The position numbers were made by a program, and so were the translations under genes. The notes beneath the pieces are model-generated. The model saw only the letters and a program-made list of their open reading frames with translations. It ran no database searches and was not told where the DNA came from. DNA of 64,000 bases from Selaginella moellendorffii (Eukaryota; Plantae; Lycopodiophyta): positions 1,996,362 through 2,060,361 of the forward strand of contig NW_003314278.1 of assembly GCF_000143415.4 (NCBI RefSeq). The letters are read 5' to 3'. Of this stretch, positions 31,397 through 44,055 are shown in pieces. Numbering within the stretch: position 1 is the first letter of the stretch; the number at the start of each line of letters is the position of its first letter.

Positions 31397-34300
31397 CTAT
31401 AGGGTGGTGGTGGTGTCCATAACGATCATCTCGCTCTCCAATCCACTCATATTGAAGTTGTGAGTCGACGAAGACAGAAGCCGCTCGTGATTGCTTGCCG
31501 ACGTCTTGAGCAAAAGCTTCTCGTTGATCTGCCTGTTCTTCCTCCTCCCGCTGTTACAGCTCGACTCCTGGCCCATGTGGTCCTCAGACGACGACGAGCT
31601 CTTGCTGTTCTTGTGCGCAACCTCCTCGGGGACGTGCTTGATCTGCTCCAGCACCGCCACCACGTCCTTCATGCTCGGCCTTTCCACGGGCGACTCCTTC
31701 ACGCACATTAGCGCGATCCCCAGGCACTGGAGCATCTCGTGGATGAAAGGGTCGGGCATTCCTCGCAGCCGCGAGTCGAGCGCCTCCACCCGGAGCTGGT
31801 GCTGCTGCTGCTCCTCCTGCTGCCGCACCATCAGTCCGTGGACCCAATCGACGACGTTCTTGTCTTGCTCCAGTGCTCGGCGCCCGGTTAAGATCTCGAG
31901 GAGGACAACGCCGTAGCTGTAGACGTCGCTCTTGGTCGTGATGTTTACCCGGCAGCTATACTCTGCAAGAAGCTTCTATTTAGAGCACGCCATTCACTGC
32001 AATAGGATGCAAAAAAGAAGCTCTAGACACTCTACACTCAAAAGCCGGCTAAAGGAAAGACTAGAGGTGTCCCACTGTCCACCACCAACAGTGACAAAAG
32101 CTCACTCGTGAGAAAGAGAAGAGACATCTCCGTGGCAAGCAGAGAGTTCTTCATCTCCACGCTCATCTCCTCATCAAATCATCACCAACATCGGCCTGAG
32201 ACGAATAAGATCACACTTTTCTTCCCTGGCAGCAGGCACCACCAAGCTACGAAGCCATGATGGCAAACTCCGAACAATCTCACGCTCGCACTCAAATGCC
32301 CACCTCATTTTAAATCACAAATGAAATCCCCGGTTGGGGCATCTATCCGCACGGCAGCTCTAACAACAAACACAAACAAGAAAAGGTGGCGGACATGAAT
32401 TGGATAGCAAGCCAATGAAACCAAAATCACCACTCGCAACCCCACGACAAACAGCGCAAGGAAGCACACTCTCATGGAAAAGCCACAAGCAAGCAAACCG
32501 GTATGTCCAAGCCGGGCATATGAAGCAAGAGAGAAAGATCGATGGACTTACCAGGAGCAATGTAGCCAGTGGTGCCCGGGATCTTCCCCGGGTACACGAA
32601 ATCCTCCTCGGCGAGCACCTTGGCCAGCCCAAAATCCGCAATGTAAGGCTCCAGCGAGTCGCCCAGCAGGATGTTGTTGGCCTTGATGTCCCTGTGCAAG
32701 ATTGGCGGGTTGCAATCGTGGTGAAGGTACGCGATCCCCTGCGCCGCGCCCAGCGCGATCTTGTACCGCAGCTCCCAGTCGAGGGAGCGCTTCTTGTCCG
32801 CGTCGTGGAGCAGCTCCTCGAGGTTGCCATTGCTCTTGAAATCGTAGAGCAGCAGCGCCGTCTTGGTGTTCGTGCAGTAGCCAATGAGCCGGACGATGTT
32901 CTTGTGCCGGACCTTGGATCCCAGCGTGTGGACCTCCGAGTTGAAGCTCGCGTGGTTGGCGTTGGCTCTCCTGCTGCTGCTGAAATCGATCTCCTTGATC
33001 GCGATCTCGTTCCCATCCGGCAGCTTCGCTTTAAACACCGATCCGGAGCTCCCTCTGCCGATTGGCACCGCCTTGCTGAAGCTTTCCACCACGTCCGAGG
33101 CGGAGATGCTCGAGTTCCACTTCTGGTATGGCGTCATCTGCCACAGCCACGGGCTACCGCGGGCGGCACTGTCCGAGAAGCCGCGGCACCGGCGGTACAG
33201 GAGGACCGAGCCCAGCAGCACCACCAGCGCGGTACCGCCGAAGAGCAGCGCCACCACCACGGGGGGCCGCATGGACCGCCGTACGGGCGACCCGTGGCCG
33301 TCCGTACCGCACTGTGGGCCGTCGAGCGTGCCGCGCGACACGCCCGACATGGCGCACAGCCGGCGGTTGCCCGCGAAAGAGACGGCCATGTTGCGGAATG
33401 CATCGGTGGATGGGATGATGCCCGTGAAGGAGTTGTAGGAGACGTTGAGGAAGTTGAGGTTGGCGAGCTTGTCAAGGAGTTGGACGCCGCCAAAGAGATT
33501 GTTGTGCGCGAGATCGAGGCGGACGAGGTGCGTGAGATCGGCGAATCGCTCCGGGATGGATCCCGTGAGGGAATTGGAGTGGAGGTCGAGCGCGATGGAG
33601 AGGCTGACCAGCCCACCCAGCGTCGCCGGGATCTCCCCGGACAGCCTGTTGTTGGCGAGCTCCAGCGAGAGGAGCTGCTTGCACAGGCCGAGATCGTCCG
33701 GGATCTTCCCCGTCAATCGATTGTTCGAGAGCTTGAGGTACTCGAGCGCTTGCATGTCGCCGATCTGCGGCGGGATCTCTCCCTCGAGCTGGTTGGAGGA
33801 GGCGTCGAGCAGCTGGAGAGCGCGCAGCCGGCCCAGCGACGCGGGCACCGGGCCCGTGAGCTCGTTCTTCACCAGGACCAAGCCCTGCAGCGACATGAGG
33901 CTGCCAATCTCCTCGGGGATCTCCCCGCTCAGCCCGTTCCCCTCGAGGTCGAGGAATGTGAGATTCCGGAGGCTCCCCAGGCTCCTGGGGATGCCGCCCA
34001 CGAGGAGATTCTCCTTGACGCGCAGCCGGACGAGCACGGAGTCGGTGACGCCCACCTCGGGCAGCACCCCGGACAGCCGGTTGTGGATGAGCAGCAGCCG
34101 CTCCAGCGATGGCAGCGAGAAGATCTTGGACGGGATGGGCCCCGAGAGGCGATTGTAGGAGAGATCGAGCGTATTGAGGTGGGAGCAATTGACGATGCTG
34201 TCCGGGATCGGGCCCTCGAGCTGGTTCTCCCAGCAAAAGAGGAGCGTCAGATTGGCGAGGCGGCCGATGGAGTCGGGCAGGGGGCCCGAGAGCCGGTTGG

Positions 34301-35414
34301 TGTCGAGCTCCAGCACCTTGAGCTCCGTGCAGTCGCCAAACTCGGGCGGTATGCGGCCCGTGAGGTTGTTGATACTCACCAGGAAGTTCTGGAGCGAGGA
34401 AAGATGGCCGACCTCGGGCGGTATACCGCCCGACAGCGAGTTCGTGGAGAGGTCAATCTCGGTCAACAGTTTGCAGCCGCCGACGGAGGGCGGTATGCCG
34501 CCGGTCAGCTCGTTCTGCCACAGGAGCAGCCGCCGGAGCTGCGTGAGTTGACCAAGGTTGACCGGGATGGTGCCCGTGAGCTTGTTCTGGAAGAGGTGGA
34601 GGTTTTGGAGCGCCGTGCATTCGCATAGCTCGTCGGGTATGGAGCCCGTGAGCGCCGCGCCGTAGAGGAGGAGCGACTCGAGGCTCTTGAGCCTGCCGAA
34701 GGTGGGAGGGATCGGGCCCGAGATGTTGGTCACGGCGAATCCAAACATGGTGAGGCTGGAGCAGTTCCCAATCTCGTGCGGGATCGGACCCGAAATCCCG
34801 GCATTGCCGCCGCCCCGGATGATCCTCAGCTTCTGAAGGTGGCCGATTTCAGGCGGGATGGTCCCGTTGAGACGGTTGTCGAAGAGCTGGAGCGTGTCGA
34901 GGCTGGAGCAGCCTTTGATCGAAGGTGGGATCCGGCCGACGAGCTGGTTGGCCTGGAGGTTGAGGATCTGGAGGCGGGGGAGGTTGCCAATGGTGTCTGG
35001 GATCGCGCCACTGACTTCGTTGTTGGAGAGGTCGAGGAACTCGAGCTTGGAGCAGCGGCCGATCTCTGGCGGTATCCTGCCGGTGAGATTGGTGGAGGAG
35101 AGATTGAGGGACTGGAGCTCGGTGAGGAGGCCGAGCTCTCGCGGGAGCTGGGCGTGGAGGTAGTGCCCCGCGAGCGAGAGAGAGGTGACGCGGCCCGTGG
35201 TTGGCGAGCACGAGACACCGAGCCAGCCACACGGGCCCGAGGAAGAGTTCCAGCCCAGGGTGTTGTTGAATGTGTGGGCGAAAGCGAGCAGGGCTTGGGC
35301 ATCTTGAGACTCATCTTGCAGCTGCGCCACTGCTTGAAGAACGATCAAGGTGGCGAGGAGCAAAACATGCCTCCTGGCCATGCTGCCCGAACTGATCAAA
35401 TTTTGCTCCCTCAC
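31397..35414 (-). CDS. LRR-XI receptor-like kinase, RGI/RGFR (At1g34110-like) type; 2 exons, intron 31963-32551
   Basis: Signal peptide, CGWLGVSC cap, >20 LRRs, TM, kinase HRDIKANN/DFG/GYIAPEY; RxGG (IRGGGN) and RxR (VRLR) motifs. Start is ATG 35414 or 35381. Confidence 0.92.
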
Positions 35415-37781
35415 ATTGTAGATGGCTGCGTAATCGCTGGAGCAAATTCACACCCTCCTGCTGCTGCTGCTTGCTGCTACTCCCAAGCCATAAAACCAAA
35501 AGAACGAGCTAACAACTCTTCGCTCTTGCTCTCCAAAGACGATGCTAAACCAAGTGGGACAAGGGACATAGAGAGCACAGAGGAGGAGGTGGAGCTGGGA
35601 AAGTATGACCTACAGCTTTGGTTGCTTGTGTGCTTCTTCTACCTGGGATTTAAAAAACAAAAGCCCTTTCTCATGTACTTTGCAGTGAGGATTGGATTGC
35701 TCCTGGCAGCTGCAGCTGCTGCTGCTGCTGCTACTCCTGCTACTCAATTGTCTCTCACTCACTCAACTCCTGCTCAGCCCCAGTTGTTTTTCTCTTCTTT
35801 TTCTGTGTTAATAGTGTTTCTCTCCCTCCTTTTCTTGTTTAACCTTTCTTTTTTGTATGCAATAAGTTGTGGCCATGCTTTTTTGAATCAGAATCAAGGG
35901 CAGTACAAGCCCCACTAGGTACCACCATCAACTCACAAAACCCCACCATCCACCAATGTTCCCCTTACAACAATATTAGCACTGCCCCTCTCAAATCCCT
36001 GAGATTTCTGGAATTTAAGAAAGGTGGCAGAGAGAAACGGTGGTAAAAGGTGAATGGGATACAGCCATTTCAAGAAGGCAGAAAAACATCAGTTTCAGTT
36101 TTGTACTGCCATCCCACGTGATTGTTTCACACAAGCAATCACCTTAGAGTTTCTCCCAGAAGGAAATAACGATACAACTCTCAGCAAAATCATCGTATTT
36201 TCCCTCTTGATAGATATGGGTTGACAACCTTTTCTCCCACTCCCAAATTCTTTACAGATCACCCATATCATTCATATTCCAAATGCCTTTGCCTATTATC
36301 ATCCGTTCATTCGAGTTTTAAAGCGAAAATGGGGGGGCGGCCCCGAGCTATCTTTATCTGGAGATCGTGGAATAAGCACAGTTTTCCAGCCCCACACTAC
36401 ACACTGCAATCACTTCGTAAACAGCAGCAATGCAATCCCCGGCAGGATCACACACATCAATATCTTTTGAGGAAAAAGGAAAGAGGAAAACTTGAGTTTG
36501 ATTGATTGATCCACTGAATTGAGATTGGGCTTGTTTTGGATCGACATAGTCTAGCTAGCCAGGAATCCATTCTCCTGGTCGGTAAAGAGACAAACTTCGT
36601 CTCCGGCCAGCAAACAAACCTAAGAAGCTCTCCTCCCTGTGTAAGTTCTGTTAGGAGGGTCAACGAGTATTTTAAGGATTTTTAAAGAGACTCGGTCGCA
36701 TCAAGCACGAGCCTGGAGCAGAGAGCGATGAGATCAACTACGGCCACTTCCAACACCGGAATGAGGGTGACAGTTTTTGGGGGCATTTTCATTGCCTGCC
36801 ACCTTTTCGAGTTTTGTATTGGCTTTGTTGGTTAAATGATGCATTTGTTCCCTTGATTAGCAATTTGCGTGGTGTTGCGCGCTGGGATCTAAATCATGGG
36901 TTGGTATACTATACACATGTATGTATTAGCTTCACTTGGCCAATGCGGTGACCTTTGCAGGTGTAATATATATTGTTTGTCTTGCTGTTTTGGTGATCAA
37001 TCATGCTCAATCACAAAAGGACAGCCTCGTATGATGATGGAAGTATACAATCTATATTCCCACTAGCATTAGGCTTCGAGTGCATTGGATTTGCTTGAGC
37101 ACCAGAGAACACAAACAAGGACAGGGGATGGAAATCTAGTGCGTAATGCGTGATGTCATGCTTAATTCACTTCTTACTCATCTATCTATCTATACGCTGT
37201 TTTGATAGTCTCTCAATGGCCAACTTGAAGCATGAGACTGATGGATGTAAAATGCAAGGGTTTGTGTCATCTGTGACATGAGCATCTCGCACCAAGACGA
37301 CATTTTTTTTAGTTTTTCGAGATAAAAGTTTAGTTTTTTGGCTGCCCACACCTGAGCATAACGCATGCTCTACGCACCAGAAGTCAAGCACTGGAAATCG
37401 GGCAAATTGGAAGCACGCAAGTAACGCAAACCAGTGCTGGAAAACCATATGCACTGTCATAGCTCCAAAAAATTGCCCACTTTTCTTTGTGTGTAGTGCT
37501 TGTGTTGTGCCCAAAGAAAGAGGTATCCGGATAGATGATTGAAGTGGCGGCCTGACATCCCAATCATAGCTCTCTCTCTCTCTTTTTTCCTTTTGGGTGT
37601 TCTTCCTTTCTCGTGGGGTTTGTTCTCGGCCAAGTGCCACAATGGGGCATCTCACATTTGCCCATCTCTCTTTAATCTGCCAAGGCAAAAGTACACCATG
37701 TGAAGTTGGCAGAAGCATCACAAGATAAGAAGGTTCTAGCATCCAAAAAAAGAAAAGAAAAAAGAGCAAGGGCGAAGAATT

Positions 37782-37854
37782 TGGAGATGCCGGGTATCGA
37801 TCACGGTGCCTCTCGCATGCTAAGCGAGCGCTCTACCATCTGAGCTACATCCCC
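37782..37854 (-). tRNA. tRNA-Ala(AGC) with one T-stem mismatch
   Basis: GGGGATGTAGCTCAGATGGTAGAGCGCTCGCTTAGCATGCGAGAGGCACCGTGATCGATACCCGGCATCTCCA; 73 nt. Confidence 0.9.
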
Positions 37855-37967
37855 GTGATCACGTTCTCGAATTCTTTGCGCGGGGAAAGAAGAAACCCTA
37901 AATCCTAGAGCCCTAATGCTGGCGTCCTCCATCGGTGGCGCCTTGGCGATTCGCGGCGGCCGGGGAG

Positions 37968-40900
37968 ATGCTCGTCTTTGGTGGATTGGCGCACGCGCCT
38001 TTGCAGCTCAGGTTGATTGTAGCAGTGATCCGTTCCCTTGTTTTTACTCATATGCTTGTTTTCTAGAGCTTTGACGGCGTCCAATCTCTGCGGGAAGCAT
38101 TTGCTATCCAGGATTCCCAGTATCCAGGGTCTGCAGCGTTGCAGGCTAGGGAAGAGAGAGAGGAGTCTCTCGACGATCGTTGCGGAGGTAATTGTAGGCG
38201 GTGAAGTAGATGGTAGCTTCAAGAAGAGCAGCAAGAAAAAAGTGAATGACAAGGAGAAAAACGCGAATGGAGAAAGTCTCTCGAAAGAGGAGGAGGAGGA
38301 AGAGGCCTCGACCGCCGGACGAAGAAAACGGAATGCTGCTAAACTGGCAGGAACACCGGTTAATGCAGAGCTAGAGCTAGGCAGTGGCTTAGCAAAAGGA
38401 AGGAAGCGCGTCACGAAAAAAATCCAGGAAGCAATTGCTTTGGGTGGCGAGGAGAAAAGCGTCGCAAAAACCAACCTTTCGAAAGGGGAGGTGGAAGAGG
38501 CCTTGACATCCAGGAACCCCGGACGAAGAAAAAGGAATGCTGCTAAACCGGAAGCTGGCACGGGTACACCGGTTAATGGAGAACTAGGCAGCGGTGTAGC
38601 AAAATCAAGGAAGCGTGTCACGGAAAAAATCCAGGAAACGACTGTGCAGGACAACGCTGCAAGAAAAGATGGCGAATCCAATCTATTAGAAGCAGAAGGC
38701 TCAACGATCAGGAAGCCTACCTCCAGGATAATGAGAAGTTTGTCTCGGGCAGCTGACGATGGTACCAGTTTTAGCAAAGAAGATTCCGGGGACACTCATG
38801 GAGATGAAAAGCCTGTTGCTAGAAGAAGGAAGCCATCTAGTGAAAGCTCCGAGACAACTAGAAAGCGAGGGACGAAAAGGCACGAACTTGAAGGTGTCCA
38901 AATGGCCGAGGTGACGACGGAGGATGCCATTCTAATTTCCAGCAATGATAGTACGACGGATGATGCGATCCATATGGAGGGTTCTCGTTCGAGCTCGAGC
39001 TGCGATTCTTCCACTGCTCTACCTTTGGAGGAGGCAGCTGTGGACGCGTCTTTGACACGAAACAGCGGCCAGGAATCCAAAGGTACGGTGAAACAGGAAC
39101 AAGTTTTAGTTGATGGGACCAATGGAACAGCTTTACAAGTTCCTTCCAGGTGCAGTGTTGAAGGTTCCGAGTGTCCGACCTTCGATCTTTCCCAGGCTAT
39201 GGATTCAATGGCCACCGAAAGCTCCAAGCCAGAAAATCTCAGCAACGTGAAAGTAGAAACTTTTCCAGACGTGTGCTCTCAGTGGGACCAGGCGAATTCA
39301 GCTCGGCCTCTCTACTTGGAAATAGAGAAGAGGAGAGTAGAAGAGCAAGAAAGGCGTGCAAGCTCTCCGTCACCTAGAAAGAAAAAGTTCAATCTCGTGT
39401 CCGAGGTCAGGTTTACGCTGGATACTTGCTCGAAGTTTGGAGACGTCAACGGAGCTCTGTCTGCTTACAGCTCAAACAGAGAAGCTGTGAAGTTCGACCT
39501 CTACAACTACAACGTGTTGCTGTATTTGTGTTCCTCCGCAGCATTGGGAGTTTTGGCACCGGGCAAGCAAAGCAGGCAAAGGCCTGATTTTTCAGATAAT
39601 CAAGCTGAGAATGGACTGGAAGCTTATGCGGAAGATGAAGTGGAAGAAGATGGTGTTGTTCTGCGCGGCAACATGGCTGGCCTGAGCGGAAGAAATGTAA
39701 TGGGATTTACGAAGGAGATGATGGACGGGTTCCTGAGGAAAGGACTGGAAATCTTCGAGCAGATGCAAGCAGAGAACGTGGCACCAAATGAAGCAACTTT
39801 CACAGCTCTTGCAAGGCTTTCAGTAGCAAAACGTGACGGTGACTTGGCCTTTGAAATCGTGAAGGCGATGATAGCTGCAAAGATCCCACCCAAGCTCCGG
39901 TGTTATGGTCCTGCTTTGTACGTCTACTTCAAGCGGAACGACGCGGAAAAGGCTTTCGAAGTTTACAACCACATGCTCGTTCATGGTGTTCAACCCGAGG
40001 AGGCGGAACTGGAAGTTCTTTTGCATCTCAGCTCGAAAGCCTGTCTTGGGGATCGAGTGTATTTACTCCTCCATCACCTTCGAGAGACTGTCAGGGATGT
40101 CTCGCAGTCAACTGTCAGTGTCATCGAGAGATGGTTCAAGAGCGATTTCGCTGGTAGAGTCACAGGAAATTCTCTGCCGGGAGACTTTGACGTCAGATGC
40201 TCATCTCTTGCGAAAGGAGGGGGCTGGCATGGCTTGGGATGGCTGGGACAGGGAATATGGAACGTTGGATATACGTCGCTAACCGCAGAAGGCGTGTGCT
40301 GCCGCTGCAACGAACAAATGGTTACCATCGATATTACTCCTGAAGATACCGACGTTTTTGCGAAGTGCATTGCCTCCTTGGCGTTCAAAAGGGAGAGCAA
40401 TAACAGTTTTGGTATTTTCAAGGTATGTGTGTTGCAAATATGAACTTTTTCACGACTTGTCATTTTGCAGGATTGGCTGGACAGGAATGGACCTTTCGAA
40501 ACAGTCGTCGACGGAGCAAACGTGGGGTTCTACAACCAGAGATTCAACGGAGAGCTGAATTTTGCACAGGTGCTGCTAAGGTTGCGATTGGTCTTTCTTC
40601 AGTAAACTTACCATTTCTTGCAGCTGGAGACCGTAGTGGCAGATGTACAACGACGATCTGGCAAGTGGCCTCTTATCGTGCTGCACGTTGGAAGGACGAT
40701 GAAAGGCTCGGGCAGATCGAGCTACGCTCAACAGTTACTGCGGCACTGGTCTAATGCAAAGGCCTTGTACATAGCACCGGCGGGATCAAACGACGACTGG
40801 TAAGGTTCTTATCGATAGCTTTCTGCTGGTTACTGTTTTGGTTCTTAGGTACTGGCTGTATGCTGCTGTCAAGTGCAAGTCGCTGCTGGTTAGCAACGAT

Positions 40901-41234
40901 GAAATGAGAGATCATATCTTCCAGCTGCTGGGAAGAGAATTTTTTCCCACTTGGAAAGAGCGGCACCAGGTAAGAAGTTTAGATTCGAGGTCCAATCTAA
41001 AGCTTGGAAAACTTTGCAGGTTCGGTTTCACGTTACAAAGCATGGCCCAGTGTTTCACATGCCACCGCCATACTCAATTATCATCCAGGTAAGCGGGATA
41101 TTTCTCTTTGGCCTACCAAGGAATTTCTTTTCGTGCAGGAAACCGAGAGGGGCTCGTGGCACATACCTGTAAGTGGTGGGGACGATATTTCATCTCCTCG
41201 GAAATGGCTTTGTGTTACAAGAGGCTCCAGATAG
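37968..41234 (+). CDS. PRORP: Protein-only RNase P (PPR + NYN metallonuclease) with long N-terminal extension
   Basis: YNVLLYLCS, PKLRCYGPAL, GGGWHGLGWLG, VDGANV, GSNDDWYWLYAA, VSNDEMRDH, WKERHQ. Exon 1 from ATG 37968 splices in phase (intron 38012-38066). Confidence 0.92.
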
Positions 41235-41519
41235 GCACAGGTTGAGTGTTCGATTCACTCACGTCCACTTTCGTTGTAGAAAATATCAACGTTAAGAGTC
41301 TCTCACATCAGGCTACCTTTCCAAAAAAGTCGGAAGACAAACCGGTCTTATAACACACTTTTCTCGTGGTAAGAGACAGTGAATTTGAATCTGGAGCATT
41401 GCTGGTTCTGAATCTCTCCTAGGTGTGGCCAACCGTGAGGATTTGGAGCGTGTGCTATGCTGCAACTTGGATTTATCGCCTGTTCCTGGTAAAGATCTGA
41501 AACTCCAACTATAGGAACT

Positions 41520-44028
41520 ATGGGGGGAGGCGCAGGTAGCTCTGAATCCGAGCCCCTTGTAACTCGAGAAGTCGAGCCGGAAGGGGACGACCAGTCTCCA
41601 GTTGAGGAAGTAGCTCTTACAGTGGATACGCGGGATGACCCAACACTTCCGGTGGGAACGTTTCGGATGTGGTTCCTGGGACTTCTGTCGTGTATTCTGC
41701 TATCGTTCCTCAATCAGTTCTTCTCCTACCGAACAGAACCATTCATCATCGGCTTGATATCCGTGCAAATAGTCGCATTGCCGTTCGGGAGGTTCATGGC
41801 CAACGTTCTTCCCGAGAGAAGCTTTCGAGTTCCATTTACCAGTTCCAGCTTCAGTTTAAATCCGGGCCCTTTCAACGTCAAGGAGCACGTCTTGATCACC
41901 ATATTCGCGAACGCGGGAAGTGGTTTCGGGAACGGAGGTGCCTATGCAATGGGAATTGTCAACATAACCAGAGCTTTCTACAAACGAAGCATGGGCTTTA
42001 CTGCGGGACTTCTTCTCGTGATGACAACACAGGTTGGATACTTCGCTTTATACTTTTGAGACTGCTTTAAATCGAAAACTGTGTTTGCCAGGTTTTGGGA
42101 TATGGTTGGGCTGGACTCATGAAGAAGCACCTAGTGGAGCCCGCTCATATGTGGTGGCCTGGAAACTTGGTTCAAGTTTCTCTCTTCAGGTAGAATCATC
42201 CCACTTAATCCTGGCAAACATTCTTTTTTTCTCTTCCAGGACTTTGCACGAAGAAGATCAGCAGCAAAAAAAGGGCTTTTCTCGGAGCCAGTTCTTTGCC
42301 ATCGTCATGACGTTGAGCTTTTGCTACTACGTACTCCCAGGGTACATGTTTATGATGCTAACTTCCATGTCTTGGGTTTGCTGGATTTTTCCAAAGTCCG
42401 TGCTGGCTCAGCAACTCGGCTCGGGTTTAAAAGGTCTCGGCCTCGGCTCTTTCAGTCTAGACTGGGCGACTATCTCAGCGTACCTCGGCAGCCCGCTGGT
42501 TACACCGTGGTTCGCGATTTGCAACGTTATCTTTGGCTATCTCGTCGTCATGTACATTGTGACGCCGGCCTGCTACTGGAGCAACATATACAACGCAAAG
42601 ATCTATCCTTTGTTCTCGAGCTATCTCTTTACAAAAGATGGCCAGGTTTACGACGTGACCAGCGTCGTGGACAAGAACTTTGATCTCGACTTGGAAGCTT
42701 ATGCTCGCAAAGGCCCGGTTCACATGAGCACCTTCTTTGCCTTTTCATATGGGCTCGGGTTTGCCGCTGTAGCCTCTACACTGACTCATGTGGCTTGTTT
42801 CCATGGAAAGTAAGTCTCTTCTCTATGGCGTTTCGATGCTAAAGCTTTTGTTTTTCAGATACATTTGGGAGCGTAGCCGAGCTGCGCTAAATGAGAAGCC
42901 AGACATCCACACCCGACTCATGAGGAAGTACCCAGACGTTCCTCAGTGGTGGTTTCATACTCTTATGGTTATCAGCATCGCCGCCTCAATCGCCACTTGC
43001 GCATACTACAAGGCAGAGCTTCAACTTCCATGGTGGGGTGTCTTGCTCGCTTGCGTTGTGGCTTCTTCGTTCACCCTGCCAATCGGAGTCATTACTGCAA
43101 CTACAAACATCGTGAGTTAACTCTCGCTTCGTGTTTCTTCTTTCAACTTCTCTTGAATTGTCAACTTACAGACCCCGGGACTCAATATCATCACAGAGTA
43201 CCTCATGGGATATCTCCTTCCTGGCCAGCCCATGGCAAACGTTTGCTTCAAGACGTATGGCTACATAAGTATGACACAGGCCATCTCATTCTTGCAAGAC
43301 TTCAAACTCGGCCATTACATGAAAGTTCCACACCGCTCCATGTTCCACGTCCAAGTAAGTCACATAGCCACGAGATAAAGGATGATCTGAAAACAAGTTT
43401 TGTTCACTTGCAGTTCATTGGAACAATCGTCGCTGCGATCGTCAACATGTGTTGCGCGTGGTGGCTTCTCGGCTCCATCGAGAACATCTGTGACAAGTCT
43501 CTACTGCCTCCAAACAGCCCCTGGACCTGTCCCAGCGATAGAGTTTTCTTCGACGCATCCGTCATCTGGGGGCTCATTGGGCCAAAGAGGATGTTTGGCT
43601 CCCACGGCGAGTACAAGGAGCTCCAGTGGTTTTTCCTGGGTGGAGCTCTCGGCCCCGTGCTGGTCTGGCTGGCTTCCAGGACCTTCCCAAACGTGAAGTG
43701 GATTCCTCTCATCAATCTCCCGGTGATTCTCGGTGCCACGGCTTACATGCCCCCAGCAACGTCCGTCAACTACATCTCCTGGAGCATCGTCGGCATCATC
43801 TTCAGCTACTTCATCTTCCGGTACCACAAGGGATGGTGGCAGCGGTACAACTACGTCTTCTCGGCGGCCATGGACGCTGGTGTGGCTTTCATGGGGGTGC
43901 TGCTCTACCTGTGCCTGGGGATCGAGAACCGAAGCTTGAGCTGGTGGGGAAACAACGTCGACAATTGTCCCCTGGCCGACTGTCCAACTGCGAAAGGCAT
44001 TGTCATCGCAGGATGCCCGGTCTACTGA
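41520..44028 (+). CDS. Oligopeptide transporter, OPT family (multi-exon)
   Basis: [49 protein letters not shown]. Confidence 0.95.
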
Positions 44029-44055
44029 ACAATTCTCACGCCATCCGCTGCTCAA

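Noticed and set aside
32400-34628. 742-aa ORF antisense to the RLK, and similar shadow ORFs over the PPR, OPT and HSP20 genes
   Set aside because: Expected from high GC3 codon bias; no recognisable domains.
37782-37968. PRORP self-regulation by cleaving a tRNA in its own mRNA
   Set aside because: The tRNA-Ala is antisense to PRORP, so the mRNA would not contain a substrate.
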